Positions 42,508 through 51,292 of a stretch of 54,924 bases of DNA are shown here, in pieces (positions within the stretch are counted from its first letter, which is position 1; every line of letters starts with the position of its first letter). The stretch is from positions 1-54,924 of the forward strand of contig DYDE01000006.1 in assembly GCA_020718065.1 (NCBI GenBank). The letters are read 5' to 3'. A program made the position numbers and the translations under genes. The notes beneath the pieces were generated by a model. The model had not been told where the DNA came from, ran no database searches, and worked only from the letters and a program-made list of their open reading frames with translations. Source of the DNA: Marinifilum sp. Lineage in GTDB: Bacteria; Bacteroidota; Bacteroidia; Bacteroidales; CG2-30-32-10.

Positions 42508-43401
42508 TTAATTACAATTGGTTTCACATTTAGAATTTACTATACCAAATTCAACCTGGATGGTAGCATGCTCGATTTTAAAACGTTTGTGCAACTGACG
42601 CTGAATGTTGGTAATAAATGTAACATTGGTTTGAACCTGGGTTGTTAAATGAACGGTAAGAGCTGCTTCTGTGGTGCTTAATGCCCAAATATGAAGGTCG
42701 TGGATACCAGACACTTCGGGTAAGCTCTCGAGATAATCATTAACGGATTTGATGTTGATATTTTCGGGAACAGCATCGAGCGCAAGATTAATAGAATCAA
42801 TCAATAAGTGGTATGAACTATAAAGAATAACTCCTATGATAACAAAAGAAACGAGGGAATCAAGCCATAAGATACCAGTAAATAACATAATTATACCAGC
42901 AACCACTACACCCAAAGACACCAAGGCATCTGCTATAAAATGAACAAAAGCACTCCGGATATTTAAATCATGTTTTTTACCTTTAAGAAACAACCAGGCA
43001 GTAAATCCATTCACAAGAATACCGATTGCAGCAATTGTTATTACGCTATTTGAATTAATATCAATCGGTTTGCCGAGTCTTTGGATTGTTTCAAAAACAA
43101 TAAATGCAACAGCAGCCAAAAGTAATATTGTATTCAGTAAAGCAATGAGAATGGTTGAGCGACGAAAACCATAAGTGAATTTTAAAGTAGGTTTGCGTTG
43201 CGACAGAATAACTGCAATCCATGAAAACACCAAAGCCAAAACATCACTGAGATTATGCCCTGCATCGGCAATCAAAGCCATAGAGTTTGAGTAGTACCCA
43301 TATAATACTTCAACAATCACAAAAATGATATTAATGGAAATACCTATTCTAAAGGCATTTCCCAAATTAACATCAGTTTTATGCAAATGATCGTGTACCA
43401 T
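42508..43401 (-). CDS. Cation diffusion facilitator (CzcD/ZitB-like)
   Basis: ADAGHNLSD, HFIADAL, HDLHIWALS and HATIQVE motifs. Confidence 0.95.
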   Translation of the reverse strand: MVHDHLHKTDVNLGNAFRIGISINIIFVIVEVLYGYYSNSMALIADAGHNLSDVLALVFSWIAVILSQRKPTLKFTYGFRRSTILIALLNTILLLAAVAFIVFETIQRLGKPIDINSNSVITIAAIGILVNGFTAWLFLKGKKHDLNIRSAFVHFIADALVSLGVVVAGIIMLFTGILWLDSLVSFVIIGVILYSSYHLLIDSINLALDAVPENINIKSVNDYLESLPEVSGIHDLHIWALSTTEAALTVHLTTQVQTNVTFITNIQRQLHKRFKIEHATIQVEFGIVNSKCETNCN

Positions 43402-43616
43402 AATTTCAACTTAATTAAACAAAGGTAGGTATCTTTTTGTTTTGTTAAAATATTCTTTATAATCATCGCTATTTTGCTATCCAATGTGATCAATCTGGCT
43501 ATGTGCCTGAAATTGCATCGTTTTTATAAAAACAAAAGCTGTGTAGCGGCAATCTGTTTTAGAACAGTGAATTATTTCTAATATTGCTGTTTACTACGAA
43601 TTATTTTTATTCTGAT

Positions 43617-44324
43617 TTATTGTTCATACTTTTTTGATAAAATCATTCCAGTTTTGCCGGAAATAATATAATGAGGACCACCACCAACCATATTAGGATT
43701 AGTTAAATTATAATCAACATACCATTTTTTATCTTTCAATTCTGCTTTAATATTATAAATTGACAAGTCTCTATATACTAACAATGCATCTTTTTGTGCA
43801 ATTTCTATAGCTGCTTTCTTATCAATCAATGCCAGGGAATTATTTTTATCGTTTTTAATTTTAATGACAATTTTACACCAATCATCTTTTCTCAATCTAA
43901 TACTTTCTTCTGTTTCTAATTCTGAATAATATGCTGATATTTCGCAACGTTTATTTTTATTAGAAACAAAATAAGTAGGAATGTTTTTTTTGTTATCTTT
44001 TTGTATTAGTATGATACGATTGTCAGTTTCATATTCAACAAATGCAATAGTCACATTCTCTAATAATAATTGCATTGATAAAGTTGTTGTATCTGCCATT
44101 ATTCCGGCTTTATATAGCTTTACTTGTTCTCCGTTCTTTAAAATATAGTCTTTTACAATATTGAAATTTTCTTTTGTCAGGCAATCGTTTTCATTATTCA
44201 GACTTTGAGAAATTAAATGATTTTTAGTCTGATAATTGCATTGACTAAAAATCATTGATAAAACCAGTATTATAAATGTTTTCATAAAATATTTGTGTTT
44301 AAGTTTTTTTGAGGAGTGCTTCAT
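43617..44324 (-). CDS. Hypothetical lipoprotein-like protein
   Basis: Hydrophobic N-terminus with Cys; C-terminal AAIEIA...GGGPHYIISGKTG..YEQ module. Confidence 0.6.
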   Translation of the reverse strand: MKHSSKKLKHKYFMKTFIILVLSMIFSQCNYQTKNHLISQSLNNENDCLTKENFNIVKDYILKNGEQVKLYKAGIMADTTTLSMQLLLENVTIAFVEYETDNRIILIQKDNKKNIPTYFVSNKNKRCEISAYYSELETEESIRLRKDDWCKIVIKIKNDKNNSLALIDKKAAIEIAQKDALLVYRDLSIYNIKAELKDKKWYVDYNLTNPNMVGGGPHYIISGKTGMILSKKYEQ

Positions 44325-44484
44325 ATTAAAATATAAGTTTAGTTTATCTCAATTTTTATAGCAGCAGTTTGTATCAATTCTTAGTAACTGCTTTGCGGGC
44401 TTCGTCAATGTCATCCGATACGTATTTTCTACAGTGCTCTGCCACTTCAAGTTGCTCTTTCAAAGGTTATTCACACAGGTATTG

Positions 44485-45588
44485 TTAGTGGTAGTGTTCT
44501 TTTGTTAAACCTTTTAAGTAGTCCATAAATTCATTACTCAACTGAAAAAGATTTTCCTCTTTAGCTGCTTTATTGTATAGACTATAAAATTCATATGGAT
44601 TATAGAAAGTTTTAAGCATTTCATTTTTATAACCTGCTTTTACAATATGGTTTGCCATGAAAAACCCAATAGGATGTCCATTAAATCTTACGATTTCTAA
44701 AATTTTATCTACCATTTCCTTTTCAGATATCTCTTCTTTAGCGTATTTTAAAATCACATTATGAAATCTTTCTAAATCTGCTTGAGCCTGATTATATAAA
44801 TTCACCCATATTTCAACCATTTCGGGTAATTCTCCAACTTCATCAAAATACTTCTCGTAACCTTCAGATTTATCAATCAGGTCTGCAATTCCTTCATTCT
44901 GAATTAAATCAATACAATGGTTTAAATCACTTTTGTAATTGAAATCATGATTTTCAAAATTTTCTCTATAATTATGAAAAAATTCATGGGCAAGAAAATT
45001 TATTCGTTGTTCTTCCGTTTTTTTATAAATTAAATTAAAGTCAACATATATTGCATCTTCATTATTCTTGCCATCAGCAATAAGGAAAAGAAAATAAAGG
45101 GGCTTAAATTTGGTAGTCGAATCTATTGTGATCCCAAGAAAAGAACTTAATCTTTGTTTTGTTTTTACGACTAAAGCATTAAAATCATAATTTTCTCTGA
45201 ATGATTTGATTGGTTCATAATTATTATTTATGTCAATATAATTTGTCAGGAGAAGCTTTTTGTTCATCAACATAGGATTTTTATTCATTTCTTCTTTTGT
45301 AATACTTAAAATGCTATCTTTTTCGGCTATTCTCCCATTACCAAAAACAATATTAATAGAATTCTTAATAATGTTTATCACAGTTTTGTCTTTTCTTTTT
45401 GCATATGTCTTGTAACAACTCGAACTGTCAAAATCTTTCCATTGCGCTGCAGAAATTTCATTTCCTTTTTTTAAAGTTGAAGTTACTTTAAAGAATTCAT
45501 CGACCGATGTTAAATCAACTGTTTGTGCAATTGAAATGTTAATACTTGAAAATAGTATTAATAAGCCTATTGAAATTTTTATTTTCAC
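44485..45588 (-). CDS. Secreted putative Zn-dependent protease (DUF5700-like)
   Basis: AHEFFH plus downstream NEGIAD gluzincin-like motif; signal peptide. Confidence 0.75.
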   Translation of the reverse strand: MKIKISIGLLILFSSINISIAQTVDLTSVDEFFKVTSTLKKGNEISAAQWKDFDSSSCYKTYAKRKDKTVINIIKNSINIVFGNGRIAEKDSILSITKEEMNKNPMLMNKKLLLTNYIDINNNYEPIKSFRENYDFNALVVKTKQRLSSFLGITIDSTTKFKPLYFLFLIADGKNNEDAIYVDFNLIYKKTEEQRINFLAHEFFHNYRENFENHDFNYKSDLNHCIDLIQNEGIADLIDKSEGYEKYFDEVGELPEMVEIWVNLYNQAQADLERFHNVILKYAKEEISEKEMVDKILEIVRFNGHPIGFFMANHIVKAGYKNEMLKTFYNPYEFYSLYNKAAKEENLFQLSNEFMDYLKGLTKEHYH

Positions 45589-45994
45589 TATTATCTTATA
45601 TTAGAAGACCATTTTTTTTAAGTAAAAGTAGATATGTTACAGCTAGTAATAACATTATCAAAAGCAATCAAAGCCAACCTAATTTGGCTGACTAACCTTA
45701 CTTTTAATAAATATTGTTTTCCCCACAAATTCCTCCATTTTCAAATTTCAATCAAATTTCAACTAAATTTCCACAAAAAACAAAAAAAACCGTTTGTTTT
45801 TTCTCTAAAATCATTTAAAATGCCCTCATCTAAACAAAGAGTTTTGTTTTTTATAAAAACCAAGCATTCATTAAGCAATTAATTTAAAGCATATTGCATC
45901 ACATATTCAAATAAAACTATTGCATCCTGAAAATAAAAAAGCTAAAATTTGAATCTTTTAACAAACTGTAAAGAAATTGAACGTCAATGTTTAG

Positions 45995-46620
45995 TCTGGT
46001 ATTTTTCCCAGAAAACATTTTGGCGTAAGAATTTGTTCTGGCATTTTGCCAGGAAGAATATTGACGTAAGAATTTGTTCTGGCGTTTCGCCAGGAAGAAT
46101 ATTGACGTACGAATTTGTTCTGGCATTTTGCCAGGAAGAATATTGACGTAAGAATTTGTTCTGGCGTTTCGCCAGGAAGAATATTGACGTACGAATTTGT
46201 TCTGGCATTTTGCCAGGAAGAATATTGACGTAAGAATTTGTTCTGGCATTTTGCCAGGAAGAATATTGACGTAAGAATTTGTTCCAGTGTTTCGCTGTGA
46301 AGAATTTTGACGTAGGATTTTATTCCAGCGTTTCGCTGTGAAGAATTTTGACGTAGGATTTTGTTCCAGCATTTCGCTGTGAAGAATATTGACGTAAGAT
46401 TTTGTTCCAGCATTTCGCTGTGAAGAATTTTGATGTAGGATTTTATTCCAGCGTTTCGCTGTGAAGAATATTGACGTAGGAATTTGTTCCAGCGTTTCAC
46501 TGTGAAGAATATTGATGCAAGAATTTGTTCCAGCGTTTCGCCGGGAAGAATTTTGGCGTGAGAATTTGTTCCGGCTTTTCGCCGGGAAACATTTTGGCGT
46601 AGAAATTTGTTCCGGCGTTT
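45995..46620. repeat. 41-bp tandem array, ~15 units, hairpin plus second dyad per unit
   Basis: Units begin 46036, 46077, 46118 ... 46569, 46610; consensus ttctggc(a/g)ttt(t/c)gccaggaagaatattgacgtaagaatttg. Confidence 0.95.
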
Positions 46621-46970
46621 TAAAAATAATTAATTCAGGTGCTTTAGTGAATAAGAAAATACTGCTAAGTTATATTTTAAGCAAAAAAATCAATTATTTT
46701 TCCTGAAAACTTCCTGATTCAATCGGTGAAATTGATCTTTTTTCAGTAGAAATGTTTCTTTTGTCCGTTATCTTCGATATTTTATTATTGTATGTTATGA
46801 TCGGTCATTTTTTATGAATGGAAGATTTCTTTTGTTTTTCAATTATTTATATTTCAAATTTGTTGAATTTGATTTTTTTTCATAAATCTCTTTATGCTAG
46901 AACATTTATTGATTGCTAAGAAATGCTTGCCTTACTATAAACGATAAATACTAAATAAAAATCAAACTAT

Positions 46971-48764
46971 ATGAAACGATTATGTTTATTACTAACTATT
47001 TGCCTTCCTCTTGTACTATGCGGACAAAATTCCGAAACTGTAATTGAAATTCAAGGTCGTATTTTAAACAAAGAAACAAAGGTACCTGTTTGTTATGCAA
47101 ATGTGTTCAACAAACATTCGCTAAAAGGAACCATTAGCAATACAGATGGGTATTTTAAAATTTCTTTGTTAAGCCCTAAAGATTCAATAGTAATTTCTTG
47201 TATTGGCTACGAAAAGCAGTTTATTGCCTATTCTAAAAAAGAAGACTTTTATAATATTTTACTTAATGAAAGTGTTCAGCTTTTACAGGAAGTTACTATC
47301 AGGGCTACTGATAATTCATACTTGTATGAATTGATTAGAGATTGTATCAGCAAATCAACAAATAAACTAACAAAGGCAAAGGTGTTTTATGAGTTGAAAA
47401 CATTTACCGATAATAAACAAATAGAAATGCTAGAAACATTTTACAATGCAGAGATAAATGGTTATAATCTGACTGCATTGGAAATGAAAGCTGGCAGATA
47501 TGCATTACAGGTATATCAAAACAGATTGTTTACATCGCAGAATACCTCAAGATCAATTTCTTTGCAAAATATCACAGACGAAAATCAGTTTTTTCCCATT
47601 AGTCCTTTTGAGTATAAAAAAAAGAAAATGAAAAAATACTTTATCTTGGAACTAGAGAAAAAATATAAAGATGATAACGCTGATTCAATATACGTGATCA
47701 ATTATTATCCAAGAAAGATGTCAGGAGCTTTTTTTACAGGCAAAATATGGATAAATCCTATAAAAAAACACATATTTAAAATAACCTTTAATTGCGAAAA
47801 CTGTAAAATATATCCTTTCCTGCCCTTATATGCAACAGATAGTTTTACTCAGGTCGATCTTTCTATCACTAAATCATTTAAAGAATTAAATGAAGAAATG
47901 GTATTTAACCACATCGATTTTAATTATAAAATTGCATATAAAAGCATTCGAACAAAGAAAGCAGGATATGCTGAAGATTCTGAGCTAAACTATAATATTA
48001 CTACCAACGCAGTATTGTATGCCTATGATTTTAAAAATCAATTTATACTGCCACATTTTGTGTTTGAAGATTATAGTACGCGCGATTACCTCAGAATTAA
48101 TGCAATGCCCTACAACGATTTTTTTTGGGAGAAAAATGATGAACTAAAGCTTCACGATGAGAATAATAGCAATAAGCAATACTTTAATGATAATAATTCA
48201 ATCAGTAATAAATCTATTTATTTAAGAAATTCTCCATTAACGGGTAAAAATTCAATTTTTGAAACCCTTTTTACTTATTGGTCTAAAAAAAGGATAGCGA
48301 TAAGAGATGTAATTGCAGATACGCTTAAAAGAAAATTTGAATTATATAGCGATGGAACAATTAATGAGAATTATTACAACCTGAGCGTTAAAATATTTAT
48401 GGATGTAAATTCTTACGCCGACTCTACTCAAATAATTACTGCTGCTGTTTTCGATCCTTACGAAACATACTATCATTTTCCGATTGATGATGTTGCTAAT
48501 TGCTTTATAAATATTTATTTCGATTTATATGAAATTGAAAGACGCAAATTTGAGAAGGAAATTTCTTCACCCGGCATAAGCAAAGCTGAAATACAAAAAA
48601 AATATAACGAAATGTCATTGCAGATTTCAAATCAAAAAAACAAATATTTAAATGAAGTGGAGAGGGGGAATAAAAAATCTGAAATGCTGAAATGGAATAA
48701 ATATGTGTTTGAGAATTTGGGGATTGATAATTTTGAATTGTTTAATCTGTACGGAAATAAGTGA
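46971..48764 (+). CDS. Carboxypeptidase-like regulatory domain (CarbopepD_reg_2) secreted protein
   Basis: GTISNTDGYF..ISCIGYE..LQEVTI N-terminal domain; signal peptide. Confidence 0.8.
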   Translation: MKRLCLLLTICLPLVLCGQNSETVIEIQGRILNKETKVPVCYANVFNKHSLKGTISNTDGYFKISLLSPKDSIVISCIGYEKQFIAYSKKEDFYNILLNESVQLLQEVTIRATDNSYLYELIRDCISKSTNKLTKAKVFYELKTFTDNKQIEMLETFYNAEINGYNLTALEMKAGRYALQVYQNRLFTSQNTSRSISLQNITDENQFFPISPFEYKKKKMKKYFILELEKKYKDDNADSIYVINYYPRKMSGAFFTGKIWINPIKKHIFKITFNCENCKIYPFLPLYATDSFTQVDLSITKSFKELNEEMVFNHIDFNYKIAYKSIRTKKAGYAEDSELNYNITTNAVLYAYDFKNQFILPHFVFEDYSTRDYLRINAMPYNDFFWEKNDELKLHDENNSNKQYFNDNNSISNKSIYLRNSPLTGKNSIFETLFTYWSKKRIAIRDVIADTLKRKFELYSDGTINENYYNLSVKIFMDVNSYADSTQIITAAVFDPYETYYHFPIDDVANCFINIYFDLYEIERRKFEKEISSPGISKAEIQKKYNEMSLQISNQKNKYLNEVERGNKKSEMLKWNKYVFENLGIDNFELFNLYGNK

Positions 48765-48780
48765 TGCATTTGTTTTAATC

Positions 48781-48818
48781 AATGAATTCCTCTAGGCTCT
48801 GCCTCGGGGTTATTCATT
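48781..48818. repeat. REP-like palindrome between convergent genes
   Basis: aatgaattcctctaggctctgcctcggggttattcatt; same family as 356-521. Confidence 0.75.
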
Positions 48819-48857
48819 CTTTAATATAAAATTAACCCTTATTGGTTATAACACGTG

Positions 48858-49511
48858 TTATGCTGCGTTAATTTTTTTCAATATCTTTTTTGCTCTATCT
48901 TGAGTGCTTTTCTTTCTGCTATCAAGGTATATTTCTGCATTTTTCTTTACAATCTTAATTGAATCCGAATCCAATTTGTCTATAATGCTATAAAATCCTT
49001 CTAAAATCCAATCTATCTCGTTTTCAGTTGCTGTTTTTAAAGAATCATCTAGGATTAAAATCACAGTATTTGCAACTTTATCTGATGTAGCACCAATCCG
49101 TCCAAGATACAAATGAACTGCTCCAGAGAGACATACTCCGGCATTTTCAGTCAGATATTGTTTAGCAATATTTATGATAGACGCTGATTCTTTAGGATTC
49201 AATTTAGCACAATATCCAAACACCTGCATTAGCATCCATCTTGTCTGAGGTTCATTTACACTTAATGCAGGTTTTAATTTACTTAGATTGTTTGCTATCA
49301 GCTCAGGTTTTTTCTCTGCCACCTTTTCAATAATCTTTGCTGCTCCGGCTCTAATTCCTTTCGAATCTGTATTTTTTAAATCAAATACAACATATTTCAT
49401 TGCGCTCTCAAGAATCGACAAATCTCCTTTTAAAACTTTGTCAGCTAAATCCTTTCCAAGAGCAGAAGAAACAGTTCCTTTGTTCGATTTTAATAGTTCA
49501 AGTATATCCAT
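48858..49511 (-). CDS. HEAT/ARM-like hypothetical protein
   Basis: Helical; IRAGAAKIIEKVAEKKPE and EPQTRW motifs. Confidence 0.7.
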   Translation of the reverse strand: MDILELLKSNKGTVSSALGKDLADKVLKGDLSILESAMKYVVFDLKNTDSKGIRAGAAKIIEKVAEKKPELIANNLSKLKPALSVNEPQTRWMLMQVFGYCAKLNPKESASIINIAKQYLTENAGVCLSGAVHLYLGRIGATSDKVANTVILILDDSLKTATENEIDWILEGFYSIIDKLDSDSIKIVKKNAEIYLDSRKKSTQDRAKKILKKINAA

Positions 49512-49652
49512 AATTTTTTTATATCTTTAGTAATAGTTAAGTAGCTTAATTCAGCATAGCATCAGTTTGCCAACCTCCGATAGATAAATCTATACTTCAA
49601 AACAATAAAAACAAAGCAACACTAACAAAGCAGTCAAGCATATTAATTGTAG

Positions 49653-50639
49653 TTATTTGATTAACTCATATTTTTCATTTCCGCTCGCAATTATTTTGTT
49701 GTTTGGTGTTTTAATTAATTTTTGAATTTCATTTATTTCAGAATCTACTTTTTTTAAGTTTTTTTCTAAAATAGGACCGTTAAGATCTATGCAATACAAA
49801 CTGTTATCAATTAAAATATATAAAAGATTATCAATTAGGCATATATCTTTAAACTTTTTTATTTTGCTTTTTTGACTCTTCACATTATTTCCACCTTTGT
49901 CGAAATCTCTATGAGTAGATAAATATCCATTTGATTTGCCTTCAATGATAATATGATCTGATGATCCGTACATACCTGTAGTAGTCGAAAATAAAACAAG
50001 CCAATTATCATTTACATCACCCTTTATAATATGTTCATAAGTTCCATTGTTTTTTAATTCTTTTGTTTTTGTATGTTTTGGGTTTGAAGGATTAGATATA
50101 TCATATTCAAGTAAGTACTTTGGAAAAACAAGATTGTCAACCAGTATGAGTTTGTTGTTTAATAATAATATATCATCAATTGCTTTTCCATAACTAATTT
50201 CAATTGGTAACTTCACTTTATTTAATTCAAAATCTTTTTTATCAAGATCAATATAGGTGAAAATCTCTCCTGACTCATTATTAAATCTTTCTGACTTACC
50301 TCCAAGATAAATGACCTTATTTTTTGAATTCAAACTGGTTGGTTTAAAATCACCAACAATCTGCTTAACAAGATTCCCTTTAATATCATAGATAGATATT
50401 TTGGAATCAATTGTACATATAAACTCATCATTTACGATAATACTTTTGGAATCATTCGAAATAGGAACGCTCCCAATTTCTATTACCTGGTTATTTTCAA
50501 TCTTGCAAATAAGACTTTTCTTGTTTTGCGGAATGATGAACATTGTATTTAGATTTGTATTTACAATTTGACAACTATTACAAGCTACAATTAAAAAGCT
50601 GAATAATACATTTAATAGAAGTAGAGAAGATTTTTTCAT
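49653..50639 (-). CDS. Hypothetical lipoprotein (beta-rich)
   Basis: Lipobox-like LIVAC; LLEYDISNPSNP (LVIVD-like). Confidence 0.65.
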   Translation of the reverse strand: MKKSSLLLLNVLFSFLIVACNSCQIVNTNLNTMFIIPQNKKSLICKIENNQVIEIGSVPISNDSKSIIVNDEFICTIDSKISIYDIKGNLVKQIVGDFKPTSLNSKNKVIYLGGKSERFNNESGEIFTYIDLDKKDFELNKVKLPIEISYGKAIDDILLLNNKLILVDNLVFPKYLLEYDISNPSNPKHTKTKELKNNGTYEHIIKGDVNDNWLVLFSTTTGMYGSSDHIIIEGKSNGYLSTHRDFDKGGNNVKSQKSKIKKFKDICLIDNLLYILIDNSLYCIDLNGPILEKNLKKVDSEINEIQKLIKTPNNKIIASGNEKYELIK

Positions 50640-51151
50640 TTTTCTTTGAGTTAAGATTTTTTTAATTTATTGCTATCGTTTTGGCGTTGGATAAAGTTGG
50701 CGATTTCGAAGCACATAACTGTCTGTTGGTGATGAATTTGATACGAAGTAAGAACTTACACTTTCTATAAAAGTTTATAGATTAATACTAAAACCCTGAT
50801 ACAAATTTACATTTTTATTTTAAACCTAAAATAACATTACATTTGTTGCCATAGGACGAAGCTTAAATGAGTTATGCTGGAGAGTAACTCATCAGGAATA
50901 AATCCTCCGACGATGGAATAAATTCATTTTTAAGGATTGGCTTGTGTTAGGCTTTTTTTCTTTATACTCTCTGCAATTATATTAACTATCATTCTTTTTC
51001 TTTAATAATTTTCACTATATACTTTCTATAACAATTGTTTTTAGTTTATAAATACGAAAGCTGACTGTTACTGCTACTGTTTTAAAAGCAAAATGCTTTA
51101 CAAATAATAATAAAACAATTGTTTACCTTAACGTTATACAAAAAATGGTAT

Positions 51152-51251
51152 TTTTGGAGTTTCACCAGAAAGAATATTGATGTAAGAATTTGTTCTGGCA
51201 TTTCGCCAGAAAGAATATTGACGTAAGAATTTGTTCTGGTGTTTCGCCAGA
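51152..51251. repeat. Satellite of the 41-bp repeat (2.5 units)
   Basis: Units at 51152, 51193, 51234; same orientation and sequence as the 45995-46620 array. Confidence 0.9.
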
Positions 51252-51292
51252 TTAATTTTTTATGATAAAATTTGAAAAGAATACAAGTTTTT

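Noticed and set aside
45995-46620. CRISPR array
   Set aside because: Units are contiguous with no unique spacers, and no cas genes are present; it is a tandem repeat
45917-46706. Overlapping ORFs of 64-169 aa across the 41-bp array
   Set aside because: All three minus frames give the same permuted peptide because the period is 41; a repeat artefact
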